A stretch of 56,244 bases of DNA, the filler included, from an uncultured virus (IMG/VR IMGVR_UViG_2061766007_002158) (lineage: Duplodnaviria > Heunggongvirae > Uroviricota > Caudoviricetes). It is 6 parts of one record of this genome, joined end to end, with 100 filler letters (N's around TTAATTAATTAA, not from the genome) between each part and the next. Parts side by side here need not be neighbours in the genome. Positions count along the whole stretch, not along the records: positions 5,902 to 28,195 come from IMGVR_UViG_2061766007_002158; 5 more parts are not named here. One strand, given 5' to 3'. A program made the position numbers and the translations under genes. How positions within the stretch are numbered: the first letter of the stretch is position 1; every line of letters begins with the position of its first letter. Below the pieces are notes generated by a model. That model worked only from the letters and a program-made list of their open reading frames with translations, made no database searches and was not told the DNA's origin. Shown here one piece after another: positions 10,803 to 22,755 of the stretch.

Positions 10803-11232
10803 TCAGACATACTCTCTCACCAGCCTTCCAAACGGTCTGCCGTCAATTTCCATAGTGGTCTGGGCATCGGCGAGCTTTTCAACAGCATCCAACAGCCTGT
10901 CAAGCCGGTCACCGTAATTGGTGGAATGTACCCCCGAAAGATTCACCCCTCGCGTTGAAATNNNNNNNNNNTTAAGCCTGGGGACGAAATACCGCCCAGG
11001 GCCTCAGCGGTTTCAAGCGAAATAGCGGAAGCCGTTTCGTAAAGGCTTCCAGCGCCGTTTAACAGACCGACTTCCATGCCCTCGGCAACAGCCTGGCCCA
11101 TGGGGATCATGACCTTGGAAGGAGAGTTAATTCGCAGTGCGCCGCCTATTACTCCGGCAATTCCAGTGGCAAGGCTTCTCGCTCTGCTCATCAGACTTGG
11201 AGCCTTGTCATTAAGGCCGCTGAGAATACCGC
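10803..11232 (-). CDS. Tape-measure C-terminal fragments of a different, more distant phage (followed by a downstream gene start MSDVEKILPYSIYYENFAGE)
   Basis: LRINSPSKVMIPMGQAVAEGMEVG and ...MEIDGRPFGRLVREYV*; not allelic to the main tape measure C-terminus. Confidence 0.65.
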
Positions 11233-11242
11233 NNNNNNNNNN

Positions 11243-11624
11243 GGACGGCTGCGGGATTACGGCATCCGGCGCGAATATCACCGTTGCGGCCGGAAGAATC
11301 GTTGCGGGCGGTGCGCTGGTCGTTCTGGAAAGTACGACCGTTACCGCGTCGGCTGCCGGTGAGCTGGTGCTGAGAATCGACATGAGCGAGGGGACTGCTG
11401 CCATTCTGACGCGGGCGGTGACGACGCTGACGAAGCAGGATATCACGTCTGCCGGAACTGTCTACGAAGTACAACTGGCGACATTCGGATTCAGCTCCGG
11501 CGCGGTAAACGGGCTGTCGGTGAAGCTGGGGACGGCGAAAACGTCTGGCGGATCTATACCGAATGTTTACGTCCAGCAAACGCAGCCATCCTCGCCCGCG
11601 GCGGGCGATCTGTGGCTGTGGTGA
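11243..11624 (+). CDS. Baseplate/tail structural protein, 5' truncated (N-terminus MAVELITKNGSP at 13809-13844 and 12782-12817)
   Basis: ITVAAGRIVAGG...YEVQLATF...QPSSPAAGDLWLW*; allele at 28296-28680. Confidence 0.7.
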
Positions 11625-11654
11625 GGCAAAAGCCTCACATACGTTCGCTAAGAG

Positions 11655-11715
11655 AATAGTGAATAACGAATAGTGAATAGTGAATCATTTCGGAGCGCTT
11701 CGCGCTGGAATATAG
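11655..11715 (+). repeat. Heptamer repeats (AATAGTG) plus 24-bp palindromic unit GGAGCGCTTCGCGCTGGAATATAG
   Basis: Visible tandem heptamers; the same 24-mer occurs at 26045-26068. Confidence 0.65.
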
Positions 11716-11726
11716 AAGGTGTTTTT

Positions 11727-12314
11727 TTGAGTATTAAACGATATACCGGGGCGGCGTTTGCGGAGGTTGCTACCCGGAAGAGGTATTCCGGGTCGGCTTG
11801 GGTCGCGCTGACCTTCGGTAAGAGATGGAACGGGGCGGGCTGGGTCGACTTATGGAGCGAATCACAAAACGGCAATGCCGGAGCCTCCGATGAGGTGCCT
11901 GTCACACCCACAAGCGGAAGCGGGACAATCGCAAAGATAACGTCCACTGTCAGCAGGCCTCCGGTCAATTATTCCGGCAGCTATGCTTATCAGAAATCCG
12001 GCGCTGCTTTGTCGCTGAAGGTGAAATTCGCGGCATGGATATCGTCCTCGGCAACGCTGGGAAACGGTATACAATTAACTGTATTTGCCCGGATTAACGG
12101 CGGCACATGGAAATCTGCCGTTATCAAAAGCAATGACGCGGTATGGAAAAACAGCTCCAATCAACATTACGCTACTATCAATCTTAGCGGAACAGAAAAA
12201 ACAAACAATACCATCGAATGGTATGTGACCCGTTCCGGATCACGATACGGCGGCTCTGCCGGCAACCTCGGCACGGCAAAAAGCCCTATAAAACAAACCA
12301 TCCGAATTTCGTAG
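11727..12314 (+). CDS. Tail-region protein with KRxxGxxWV repeats (TTG start)
   Basis: MSIKRYTGAAFAEVA...KRWNGAGWVDLW; allele at 28757-29326; AAGGTG RBS. Confidence 0.7.
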   Translation: MSIKRYTGAAFAEVATRKRYSGSAWVALTFGKRWNGAGWVDLWSESQNGNAGASDEVPVTPTSGSGTIAKITSTVSRPPVNYSGSYAYQKSGAALSLKVKFAAWISSSATLGNGIQLTVFARINGGTWKSAVIKSNDAVWKNSSNQHYATINLSGTEKTNNTIEWYVTRSGSRYGGSAGNLGTAKSPIKQTIRIS

Positions 12315-12336
12315 CGAAAAGAGGTGAAATATTCGT

Positions 12337-12771
12337 ATGCAGGATTTTATACCGAGAAAAATTGATATTAACGGGAAAATCGACCCGGTTGTTGTAAAAC
12401 AATATGACAACAACAGCCGTTTCCTGCACGTCAAAATATTCGATAATGATCTTTCCGACAGTGGCGACACCCCATTTGGAATGGAAGGATGCACGACCGC
12501 CATGTACATTAAGCCCGAGGGCGACGACGATCAGGCACGAATCAGCTTTGTCCCCGGTGAGGTGGCCGACCCTGAGAACGGCATTGTGACATTCCTGCTG
12601 CCGGGCAGCGTGACNNNNNNNNNNTGCCGCATTTGAATTGGACGGATGCACGACGGCCATTTACATTAAGCCCGAGGGCGACGACGATCAGGCACGAATC
12701 AGCTTTTTCCCCGGTGAGATAGCCGACCCTGAGAACGGCATTGTGACATTCCTGCTGCCGGGCAGCGTGAC
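12337..12771 (+). CDS. BppU (DUF2479-type) N-terminal domain, two allelic fragments
   Basis: VVVKQYDNNSRFLHVKIFD...YIKPEG...GEVADPENGIVTFLLP. Confidence 0.8.
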
Positions 12772-12824
12772 NNNNNNNNNNAGGGCTGCCGTTTCTGGTA
12801 ATTAATTCAGCCGCCATATTTTGC

Positions 12825-13798
12825 TCAGATCGCTCCTTTCAGTTTGAGACGTGCGGAGAGATTGACCCTCACGCCGCCCAAGATGTAACTTTTCTGACCG
12901 CCCTTGACAGTGAAGCCCGTCAGGACGGAATGGTATTCTTTTCCTGCTTTCAGCACTCTCACCGGCTGACCGATGGAGATGTCCGGTATAATCCTGTCTG
13001 TTGTCCGGAATGTCAGCTCGATCAGATTGTCGTTGTCCGCTTTCCGCATCAGCTCCGCCGCTTTCTCCCGCGCGACCGCGGCGAAGCTCTCGCCGTCTCC
13101 CACAGAGACTTCCGCAATCCGCTGCACCACCGGCGCGGCGTAATCATCGGCATAGAATGTCTGCGACTGGCTGAGATTGTCGGAATTGTAGACAATGACT
13201 TTGTTCACGCTTCCCCAATCGTCCCGGAGCGTGAATTTCTGGCCGGAGATATTTTCTAAATCTGCCTCAATGGTAATCTCGCTTTCGGCCGAATGATTTT
13301 CAATCACTGCCGTTATTGTCTTCGCTGCCGGGTCAAAATCGCAAACGATTGCGATTTTATAATTTTGAATTGCCTTCCGCGCTAAATCCCAGAACGCATG
13401 AATGTTGTCCTTCAGGTTGAGATCGACCCCGTCGGTGTGGGTTGCTGCCGTGACGGTCAGCCCCGGAAGGTTCTGCACATTGTCCGACCCGGCGAACGCC
13501 CCGAGGATCGCCGACTTGAACCAGCCCTCCACATCGTTCTTGTTGCTGTTGTAGGTCTTCCGATTGTAAAAAAACTCAAAATCAAACAGCGCGATCAGCG
13601 GGGAGAGCTGCACCGTCGTGGTGCTTTCCCCGGTATCGACCCCGGAAACAAATCCCTGATAGACCACATCGGCGTCCCGCGTGATATGGCAGTACCAACC
13701 GCGCAAAATATCCTCCACAGCCGGAATAATAATGCTCGTTTTATCGAGTGTCAGATAGTCGAACATTATCTCCGGCTCGGGAATTTTCGACCAGAATA
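12825..13798 (-). CDS. Tal / siphovirus Gp37-like baseplate hub protein, allele 1 (5' truncated)
   Basis: Position after Dit; high similarity to 13849-14865. Confidence 0.7.
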
Positions 13799-13848
13799 NN
13801 NNNNNNNNGGGACTTCCGTTTTTCGTGATCAATTCAACCGCCATTTGT

Positions 13849-14865
13849 TTAAATTGCTCCCTTCAGCTTCAGCCGCTTCGAGAGATCGACTCTCACGCCG
13901 CCGAAGACGTAAGTTTTCTTTCCATCCTTTACGCTGAAGCCTGTAAGGACGGAATGATATTCCTTCCCGGCTTTCAGAATCCGGCAGGGCTGACCGATGC
14001 CTATGTCAGGAATAATTCTGTCTGTTGCCCGAAACGTCAGCTCGATCAGGTTGTCCGCGTCGGACTTTCTCATCAGCTCCGCCGCTTTCACCCGCGCGGC
14101 AGTGGCGAATGTCTCACCCAATCCGGGATCCACCTCCGCCACGCGCTGAACGACCGGCGGCGCGTAATCGTCCGCGTAGAAAGTCTGCGTCCTGCTGATG
14201 GTTCCGGCATTGTAGATAATGACCTTGTTCACGCTCCCCCAGTCGTCCCGGAGCGTGAATTTCTGGTCGGAAATATTGTCGAGATCAGCCTCAATCGTCA
14301 GCTCGCTCTCGGCTGAATGATTCCGGATCACGGCGGTAATGGTCTTGGCCTGTGGGTCAAAATCGCAAGCGATTGCGATTTTGTTGTTCTGGATGATCTT
14401 CCGTGCCAGATCCCACAGGTCGTGAATGTTGTCCTTCAGGTTCATGTCCACCCCGTCGGTGTGCGTCGCTGCCGTGACGGTCAGCCCCGGAATGTTCTGC
14501 ACGGTGTCGTCCCCCGCAAACGCCTCGAGGATTGCCGTCCGCAGCCATCCCTCCACGTCGGTTTTGTTGTCATTATAATCTTTCCGCTTATAATAAAACT
14601 GGAAATCAAAAAGGGAAATCAGGGGAGAAAGCTGCACCGTCATGGAAGCTTTCCCTTCATCGATGCCGGAGACAATTCCCTGATACGCCACATCAGCCCC
14701 CCGGGTAATGTGGCAATACCACCCACGGGAGATGTCCACCACAGCCGGAATAATAATGCTCGTTTTATCCAATGTCAGATAGTCGAACATTATCTCCGGC
14801 TCGGGAATTTTCGACCAGAATACAAAATTAAAAGCCCTGTCAAAAAATTCGGCTTTATATCTCAT
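13849..14865 (-). CDS. Tal / siphovirus Gp37-like baseplate hub protein, allele 2
   Basis: Complete 338-aa ORF directly downstream of Dit in canonical TMP-Dit-Tal order. Confidence 0.7.
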   Translation of the reverse strand: MRYKAEFFDRAFNFVFWSKIPEPEIMFDYLTLDKTSIIIPAVVDISRGWYCHITRGADVAYQGIVSGIDEGKASMTVQLSPLISLFDFQFYYKRKDYNDNKTDVEGWLRTAILEAFAGDDTVQNIPGLTVTAATHTDGVDMNLKDNIHDLWDLARKIIQNNKIAIACDFDPQAKTITAVIRNHSAESELTIEADLDNISDQKFTLRDDWGSVNKVIIYNAGTISRTQTFYADDYAPPVVQRVAEVDPGLGETFATAARVKAAELMRKSDADNLIELTFRATDRIIPDIGIGQPCRILKAGKEYHSVLTGFSVKDGKKTYVFGGVRVDLSKRLKLKGAI

Positions 14866-14880
14866 TATCGCACCCCTGTT

Positions 14881-15657
14881 CTATACAGTGTCAGAAACCT
14901 GTCGCACCTCGACCGTGACGTCGAGCGCCGCTGTGGTCGAATGTGTGAATTTCAGCCGGCTTTCGCCGGGAGGCGCCCAGACGAACCGCGCTGTGTTGAA
15001 ATTGCTGTACTGATACACGTCCACTTCCGCGCCCGCCGTCGTGATTTTGGTTATCCCCATGCCGCCGATGTTCGCGTCGATGACCAATTTCTCGCCTGCC
15101 GCAATGCTGAGCGTCATAGCTCCGGTCATGACAGTCTCGCCGTCCTGTTTCAGCACCCAGGCGGGATTGACGCACGGGCCACATATTGTGATTTTGCACG
15201 GCGCATGATTCACGCGGTCGTTGACAAGCAAAAGCTCGTTCTTCTCCGCGTCGGAGAATACCCACGGAAAGACCAGCGGAAAGACGGTATTTTCTCCCGT
15301 CAGGTCAAGCGTCCGCTTAGCGTTGGCCGGTTCGTACCACTGTGAGAAGCACAGAAAATCAATCGCGCAGATCAGCCGGTGAGCCGCCCTGTCTATCTCC
15401 GACTTGTCAAGACGTTCCACCTCCACATCCCTGTAATACCACGCCGTGAACCCTTTGGGCTGGTATTTTAAAATCAGCCCACCGGCGGATATGAATTCCT
15501 TGAATGTGGAATACAGCTCGTAGCTCCTGAACCTCATCTCGCCTCTAATCGTCTGCTGGCTGAGATTGCTCTCCACCTGCACATAGGCGGAGCCGACCCT
15601 GACGGAGCTGATGTCCCTCTTGAATCCCAGCCCGTCAGGGCTGTAGAAGGCATGGGA
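14881..15657 (-). CDS. Distal tail protein (Dit), allele 1 (5' truncated)
   Basis: FPLVFPWVF...PCKITICGPCVNP...LVID...PPGESRL Dit-like motifs. Confidence 0.8.
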   Translation of the reverse strand, partial: SHAFYSPDGLGFKRDISSVRVGSAYVQVESNLSQQTIRGEMRFRSYELYSTFKEFISAGGLILKYQPKGFTAWYYRDVEVERLDKSEIDRAAHRLICAIDFLCFSQWYEPANAKRTLDLTGENTVFPLVFPWVFSDAEKNELLLVNDRVNHAPCKITICGPCVNPAWVLKQDGETVMTGAMTLSIAAGEKLVIDANIGGMGITKITTAGAEVDVYQYSNFNTARFVWAPPGESRLKFTHSTTAALDVTVEVRQVSDTV

Positions 15658-15697
15658 NNNNNNNNNNCGCTTTATACCTCATTATCGAGCCCCTGTT

Positions 15698-16549
15698 CTA
15701 TACTGTATCGCTGACCTGACGTACCTCAACGGTAACGTCGAGCGCCGCTGTTGTCGAATGTGTAAATTTCAGTCTGCTTTCGCCGGTAGGAGCGAAAATA
15801 AACCGCCCGGTGGAAAAATCGGAATACTGATACGCGTTTACCTCGCTGCCGGCAGAAGTGATTTTGATAATCCCCATGCTCTCAATATTGGAATCAATCA
15901 CCAGCTTTTCACCTGCGGCAATGCTCATCGTCATCCCGCCTTTAGCGATTGTCCTGCCGTCCTGTCGGAGTGTCCAGGCGGGATTGACGCACGGGCCGGA
16001 AATGATGATTTTGCAGGGAGCGGGAGAAATCCGCTCGTTGACCAGTAAAAGCTCATTCTTTTCCGCGTCGGAGAATACCCACGGAAAGACCAGCGGAAAG
16101 ACCGTATTTTCTCCCGTGAGGTCGATGGTCTTTTTGGCGTTGGCCTTTTCGTACCACTGCGAAAAAGCCAGAAAATCAATCGGGCAGATCAGCCGGTGAG
16201 CCGTCCGGTCGATCTCCGACTTGTCCAGCCGCTGCACTTCGATATTGCGATAATACCATGTCTGCATACCCTTCGGCAGATAGGCAAGTGTCAGACCGCC
16301 GGAGGAAATAAACTCTTTGAATCCGGAATACAGCTCATAACTCCGGAACCGCATTTCACCCTTAATGACCTGCTGGGCGAGCTTGTTGTCCACCGGAGCA
16401 AAGGCGTCCCCGACCTGCACGGCGCTGATGTTCCGCTGAAATCCCAGCCCGTCAGGGGAATAAAAGGCATGATCGAGATCACAGAGGTCATATTCCTCAC
16501 CGACCGAATTAATCAGCCGGAACTGTCTGTATCGGTAAAATGATGTCAT
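15698..16549 (-). CDS. Distal tail protein (Dit), allele 2
   Basis: Complete 283-aa ORF overlapping the tape measure stop (ATGA); FYSPDGLGF, FPLVFPW, GPCVNP motifs. Confidence 0.8.
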   Translation of the reverse strand: MTSFYRYRQFRLINSVGEEYDLCDLDHAFYSPDGLGFQRNISAVQVGDAFAPVDNKLAQQVIKGEMRFRSYELYSGFKEFISSGGLTLAYLPKGMQTWYYRNIEVQRLDKSEIDRTAHRLICPIDFLAFSQWYEKANAKKTIDLTGENTVFPLVFPWVFSDAEKNELLLVNERISPAPCKIIISGPCVNPAWTLRQDGRTIAKGGMTMSIAAGEKLVIDSNIESMGIIKITSAGSEVNAYQYSDFSTGRFIFAPTGESRLKFTHSTTAALDVTVEVRQVSDTV

Positions 16550-18821
16550 AGCTTCGCCCCCAACGCCCTGTCGAGCTGACGGAGGAGCGCCTCACCGTCC
16601 CGCGCCGACGCGGAATTGAATGTATTTTCGTATCGGATGTTGATCGTCCTGCTGCTCCCACCGGAATTCCCGGCAACGCCAAAGCCCCCGGAAGCACCGT
16701 TGTCACTGAGTCTGGCAGCAACCGAAGCGGAAGCGGAGCGCATTTTCTCAATAATAGCCTTAGTGGAAGCCGCCGCCTTCCTCGCCGCGTCCCTGGAACC
16801 CTGCTCGATGCCGAGCGCCACGCCCTGCGGAATCGGTTTGCCTATCAGATCCCGCGCTTTTTTTGACGGCGACGCGATCCCCGCCGCTTTTTTCGCGGCA
16901 TTAATGCCACTGTTGATCATGTCAACAGCGCTTTTACGGATATTCGCCGCCCAACTGTTCATACCTATGGTCACGCCGCTGCCGAACGCGCCGCCGATGG
17001 TCTGACCGCCAGTTGAAGCGGAGGATTTCGCGGATGTCATGCCCTTCACAGCCGCGTCGCCTGCGTTCTTTCCGGCAGTTTTCGCCTTGTCCTTCTGACT
17101 TTCGACGCCGCCGGAATAATTTTTTCCGGTCTTGCGCCCCTCGTTTTCCGCGTCGCCGTCGGAATTGCCAAGCCCCTTCACGGCAGAATCGGAAACGCTG
17201 TCTCCCGCATTTTCCGCCGAGCCTGTCTTGCTTTTCACACCGTCCGCATATGCGTCAGCCGTTTCCTGACCGTCTTTCCGTGCCTCCGCCTGCGGAGTGG
17301 GTGAACCGAGCGGATTCAGCAGGGAATCTCTGAGACTCTTTCCGGCTTCTTCCGCTTCTCCCGTTTCATCCTTTGCACCGATAATAAAACGGTCTTTCAG
17401 ACTTTGCCCGGCGTTTTCCGCGTCGTCGTTCCCGGTCATCAGCCCATCAGTGAGCGTCTTCGCCGTTTCCTTTCCTTCCTCGGTCAGATCGACCTTGCCG
17501 GCGTCTTTGAGTATCAGCTCGATCTGCTTCATGGCTTCGTCGACGCTCAATGTTCCGGCTTCCAATCCCTGAACAATGCTGTCAGGGATTTCAACGCCGA
17601 CCTTCTTCAGCTCTTCGGCAGCCTGTTTGATGTAGCCGATGGAAGCGGCAATCATCTCCTTGCTGCCGGTGTCCAGATACGCCTTGTGCATCTCGACTTC
17701 CTCTTTTAGCTGGCTTCCGAGATCGTCAATCGCCTGTTTCCTCTGGCTCTTTTCGTAGCTTTCCGCACGTTTGAAGGCTGCGTTTTTGTCGTCGAAATAA
17801 TTCTGCAATACGCGGTTTGCCTCGGCGTATTTTCCCTCGTTCCCAAGTAAATACGCTTCTTCCACGGCATTGATCAGCTTCAGCGCCTTTTCTTCAGCCT
17901 TCGCCGCCGCATTCCACGCCTTGACGCGTTCCTGAATTAAAGCCGCTTGTTTTCCGAAATCCGTCACATTCCGGCTGCCGTTCCTGCCTGCCCGAATCTC
18001 GTTGTATTTCTCCCAATAGTAATCCGTCTGATTGCCCTGTTTGTCATACAGCTTAGAAGGATCGACATTGTGTTCCTGCACATACCCGTATTTCCCGAAT
18101 TCGTCAGCCTGTTCGTCATACGCCTGCTTTGCCTTCTTCGTCCGGTCGTGATACTTTGTCTTGTCAACGGAATATTTTTTATATTCGCTGTCCAGTGCCG
18201 ACATTTTCGCCTCGTACTGTTTTGACGCAATGTAATCGGTAATCTGCTTATTGAGGTCCTTGTAATTCTTGATCAGATCGCCGGTCTTGTTCAACTCCAC
18301 CTTGAATCCGTACTCGTTCAGCTTGCTTGTGACCGCCTGAAGCTCTTCCTTTTTCCCAACCAGTTTTCCGTTCTTGTCCACCAGCTCATTCAGCCTGTCG
18401 CGGAGCTTCTCGACCTGGTATATCTCCTGGTATTGGCTGTCGTAGGTTTCCTTCCGAGCCTTCGCCATCTCCCGCATACTGTCGGATGTCTCGTTGATCT
18501 GGTCATCCAGCTCCTTGTACTTATCGCCGCTCTTTCCGAGTGTCGCATTTAATCCGATAATCGCGACCGCCAGCGCCGCAGCGCCGCCGATCGCCAGCGC
18601 CCAGGGGTTAGCCATCATCACGACATTCAGCGCTTGGAATGCGGCTCCGGCTCCCTTTACAAGATCTGTTGTCGTTTTCACGATCTGAAACGCCTTGAAT
18701 CCGGCATAACCGGCAGCCAAAACCGGAACAAGCACCTTCCCGGACTTCGCCAAAAGCTCCATGCTTTTGGTCAGTATCGGGAATCCGACCTTCCCGATCT
18801 CCACGGCTACCTTGCCGGTGT
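16546..18821 (-). CDS. Tape measure protein, C-terminal part, allele A
   Basis: Ala/Gly-rich helical repeats, MANPWALAI and GIASPSKKARDLIG motifs. Confidence 0.9.
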
Positions 18822-18964
18822 NNNNNNNNNNGATACCGCCGTAAATGTAGGCGTCGCCGTCGACCTCCTCCACGTCAAGGCGCTCGATGCCGCGGAAGAG
18901 CGTACCGTCCTGCGCAAAGGCATTGAAGCCGGTGACGGATGCCTCGTCGGAACGNNNNNNNNNN

Positions 18965-19069
18965 GGGAATACCCGCTTCAATCATCTTCGGCGCGATCTC
19001 GTCCACATTGGCGAGCTTTTCAAGCTCCTTTGTCAGACTGTCAGGTATCTCAAAGCTGAATCCGGCCAC
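18965..19069 (-). CDS. HK97-gp10-like tail-completion protein, N-terminal fragment (second copy 19163-19216)
   Basis: MAGFSFEIPDSLTKELEKLANVDEIAPKMIEAG immediately after the head-closure stop. Confidence 0.65.
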
Positions 19070-19215
19070 TACTGCACCACCACCCTTCGCGCATGAATTC
19101 TGAGATAAATGTGTCCGAATTCGCACGGGTCAACCCCGACTATCTCATAATCNNNNNNNNNNTTTTTCAAGCTCTCTTGTCAGACTGTCGGGTATCTCAA
19201 AATTGAATCCGGCCA

Positions 19216-19521
19216 CTACTGCACCACCGTCCTTTTCGCGTGAATCCTGAGATAAATGTGCCCGAATTCGCACGGGTCAACCCCGACTATCTCATAATCC
19301 AGCCCGTCATGCCGGACGAAAAGCGTGTTGTCGAGATACGGAAGGTGGCGGAACCGGATAGTAAAGACCATACTCGTTCCGTCAAACGCCGCTTTCTGCA
19401 TATCGGCTTCCTCCGTCCCGTCGGTCTCGACCTTCGCCCAGGTCGTGAAAAGATCGGTGTCGGCATAAGTGGGGTAATCCTCGGAATCCCGCCCGGTTTC
19501 GGTTCTGACGAATACCGTTAT
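19216..19521 (-). CDS. Head-closure / head-tail joining protein, 5' truncated (second 3' end at 19069-19152)
   Basis: TTWAKVE...VFTIRF...VRHDGLDYEIVGVDP SPP1-gp16-like pattern. Confidence 0.75.
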   Translation of the reverse strand: MTVFVRTETGRDSEDYPTYADTDLFTTWAKVETDGTEEADMQKAAFDGTSMVFTIRFRHLPYLDNTLFVRHDGLDYEIVGVDPCEFGHIYLRIHAKRTVVQ

Positions 19522-19608
19522 NNNNNNNNNNNNNNNNNNNNNNNNNNNNNNNNNNNNNNNNNNNNNNNNNNNNNNNNNNNNNNNNNNNNNNNNNNNNNNN
19601 NNNNNNNN

Positions 19609-21657
19609 CAGCTCGCCGCCGGCTTTCAGGCCGGATTTGAAGGAGGATGAGGAAAGATAAGCCGTCACCTTCTGGAAGCCCTTTATAAACTCCGGCACAT
19701 GCTGTGCCGCGAATCTCGCCACGCCTGCGAACATATCGCCGAACTGCTTGCCGACAGTCTTTATTCCGGCCTGAATCCGCGGATCGTTCAGCGTCGTGAC
19801 AATCGTCTTCACGCCCTCGGTGAGCGGCTTCTGCATCTCGTCATAAATCGAGATTGCAGCGCCCTCCAAACCGGATTTCAAGACCGTGAGCTGGCCCTGA
19901 AGGTTGTCCTGCATGGTGTCCGCCATGCGTTTTGCCGCACCGTCTGCGTTGTTGATGGATTTCGTCAGGTTATCGTAATCCGCGCTTGTCGCGTTGAGCA
20001 TGGCAAGAAGTCCCGCCTGCGCACGCTGACCGGCTACCCGGTTGGCGAAGGCCGTCTTTTCCGCGTCGGTCATTTTCGCGGTCTTGATCCTCATCTCGTC
20101 GAGAATCGTTCCCCANNNNNNNNNNTGCGCGCGCCTTACCGTTTGAATCATAGAAGGATATTCCCAATCCCTCGATCGCGTCACGCGCATGGGAAGTGTT
20201 GACGGAGAGCCGGGTGTAGATCGCGTTCAGCTCCGTGCCGGCCTGACTTGCCTTAATGCCCGCATTCGCCATCAACCCGATGGATAATCCCACGTCCTCC
20301 GCGGAATAACCCAGCGTTCCCGCCATTGCGCCGACGTACTTGAACGTCTCGCCCATCATGCCGACGTTGGTGTTGGCGTTGCTGCTCGCCNNNNNNNNNN
20401 TTTAATCACCGCCGCCGAAGCTCCGGCAGCCGCAGCACTCACCGCTAAAACCGTCTTGAATGCCGCCTTGAATCCGTTCGCAATCGGCTGCGCCTTCTGC
20501 CCGAAGTCGGAGAGCGTGCGCTCCGCCGCCTCGATCTGCTCCTTTGAGAAACGGGAACTCTCTCCCATCTCCCGGAGCTTCTTGTTTGTCTCGCCAAGCT
20601 CCCGCTCCGTGTCGTTGAGTTCAGCCTCGGCGCGGTTGAGAGAAATCTCCCAGTTTTTCGTCTGTTTTTCGGCGGTTGCATAGCCTTTTTCAGCCGTTTC
20701 GAGCTTCTTAGTCAGCTCGGCAACCGCCTTCTCCTGCTCCTGCACTTCCTCGGTCGTAGCACCCTCGGAATTCTTCAGCCTGTCAAGCTCTCCCTGCGCA
20801 TCGGAGAGTTCCTTCCGGTACTTTTCCACATTTTCACCGGCAGCGGTGTATTTCGCACGGGATTTTTCAACGGCAGTCTGCAANNNNNNNNNNGGCGGTC
20901 GCGTAGCCTTTTTCAGCCGTTTCGAGCTTCTTAGTCAGCTCCGCGACCGCCTTTTCTTGCTCCTGCACTTCGTCGGTGGTCGCGTCCTCGGAATGTTTCA
21001 GCCGGTCAAGCTCCTTCTCCGCGTCAGCCAGCTCGTTTCTGTACTTTTCCACATTCTGACCGGCCGCCGTGTATTTCTCGCGGGATTTCTCGACCGCCTT
21101 TTGCAGCACTTCTATTTTCTGCCGCTGCGCCTCCGCGATTTTGGTAAACTGTTCCGACTTCGCAGTCAGCGCGGAAAGTGAATTTTCATTTCCCTTGTAC
21201 TCGCTTTCNNNNNNNNNNTGTCTCGCCAAGCTCCCGCTCCGTGTCGTTGAGTTCCGCCTCGGCTCTATTGAGAGAAATNNNNNNNNNNGGTTTCCCCCAG
21301 CTCCCGCTCCGTGTCGTTGAGTTCCGCCTCGGCTCTATTGAGAGAAATTTCCCAGTTCTTTGTCTGCTTCTCAGCTGTGGAATAGCTCTTTTCAGCTGTC
21401 TGAAGCTTCTTAGTCAGCTCGGCAACCGCCTGCTCCTGCTGCTGCACTTCCTCGGTCGTAGCACCCTCGGAATTCTTCAGCCGGTCAAGCTCTCCCTGCG
21501 CATCGGAGAGTTCCTTCCGGTACTTTTCCACATNNNNNNNNNNCTCCCAATTTTTCGTCTGTTTTTCGGCTGTGGAATAGCTCTTTTCAGCCGTCTGAAG
21601 CTTCTTTGTCAGCTCGGCAACCGCCTGCTCCTGCTGCTGCACTTCCTCGGTCGTAGC
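19609..21657 (-). CDS. Tape measure protein fragments (N-terminal coiled coil and TP901-family core), several alleles
   Basis: GLMANAGIKASQAGT, MADTMQDNLQG and repeated EKYRKELSDAQGELDRLK segments split by gaps. Confidence 0.85.
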
Positions 21658-21674
21658 NNNNNNNNNNAAAACTC

Positions 21675-22216
21675 CACACTTTTTACAGCGGAATTACGTC
21701 GTCAATCGTGACCGGCGGCTTGTACTCACCGTGATACTTCTGGTATTCGGTAAACAAAAGCATCAGCTTCCGGAGCGTGAAGCGGTGAAGGACCTCCCGC
21801 TCCGGATAGCCGAGTAATGTTGTACCGATAAAGATCAGCCGGGCAATGTTCAGCTTTGCCCGGCTGCCGCTTCCGGGACGTCGTCCCCGTCATCGTCCGG
21901 CAGCGAAACGCCGAGCGCCTCCAGCACCCTCATACAGTAATANNNNNNNNNNTCTTCGGCAATTTTATTAAACTGTTCGCTTTTCGCAGTCAGCGCGGAA
22001 AGTGAATTTTCATTTCCCTTGTACTCGCTTTCNNNNNNNNNNGTTGAAGTTGCGGATGTCGATAGCCGCGCCGACGTCCATCTCGTCAAAACCGGATTCC
22101 GGCGCGTCCTGCGACTCATTGAGCAGCAGCGTCACCAGGAAGCGGACGTTCCGCGCTGTCCGTGAGCCGTCCGCAATCATATTGATCACGTCCGTTAAGG
22201 ACGCATCAAAATGCTC
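21675..22216 (-). CDS. Tail assembly chaperone fragments and downstream overlapping ORF (allele; includes a short tape-measure piece at 21953-22032)
   Basis: YYCMRVLEALGVSLPDDDGDDVPEAAAGQS* then LNIARLIFIG...TIDDVIPL*. Confidence 0.65.
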
Positions 22217-22241
22217 NNNNNNNNNNCGGAGGCGGCAACTG

Positions 22242-22755
22242 ATGGGCGATTTAAATCCGAAGCCGGTTGAGATCGAGTATAAGGACAAGACTTACCGCTG
22301 CACCTTCACGCTGAACTGCATCGACGAGGTGCAGGAGCATTTTGATGCGTCCTTAACGGACGTGATCAATATGATTGCGGACGGAAAGCAGACGGCGAGA
22401 AATGTCCGCTTCCTGGTGACGCTGCTGCTGAATGAATCAGTGGATGCCAAGGGCGAAGAATTTGACGAAATGGACGTCGGAGCGGCGATTGACATCCGAA
22501 ATTTCAACTATTACTGCATGAGGGTGCTGGAGGCGCTCGGCGTTTCGCTGCCGGATGACGAAGGGGACGACGTCCCGGAAGCNNNNNNNNNNTTCGCCTG
22601 ACTGCGAGACGGAGCTGAGCGAGAAGGAGGTCGGCGCGGCTATCGACATCCGATCCTTCGATTATTACTGCGTCAAGATACTGGAAGCGCTCGGCGTTTC
22701 GCTGCCGGATGACGAAGGGGACGACGTCCCGGAAGCGGCAGCCGGGCAAAGCTGA
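22242..22755 (+). CDS. Tail assembly chaperone (lambda gpG analogue), two allelic pieces
   Basis: MGDLNPKPVEIEYKDKTYRCTFTLNCIDEVQEHF...; GGAGG RBS; lies upstream of the tape measure gene in gene order. Confidence 0.7.

Noticed and set aside
8767..10803. 678-aa ORF starting MWKKYC, and other gap-spanning ORFs (445-1584, 16546-18981, 19216-20190, 43055-44404 middle)
   Set aside because: Chimeras read through 10-N gaps; the MWKKYC part is an off-frame piece of another phage's gene
12825..16549. Genuine tandem duplication of Dit and Tal genes
   Set aside because: Copies are separated by gaps and overlap in content, consistent with alleles of different phage copies
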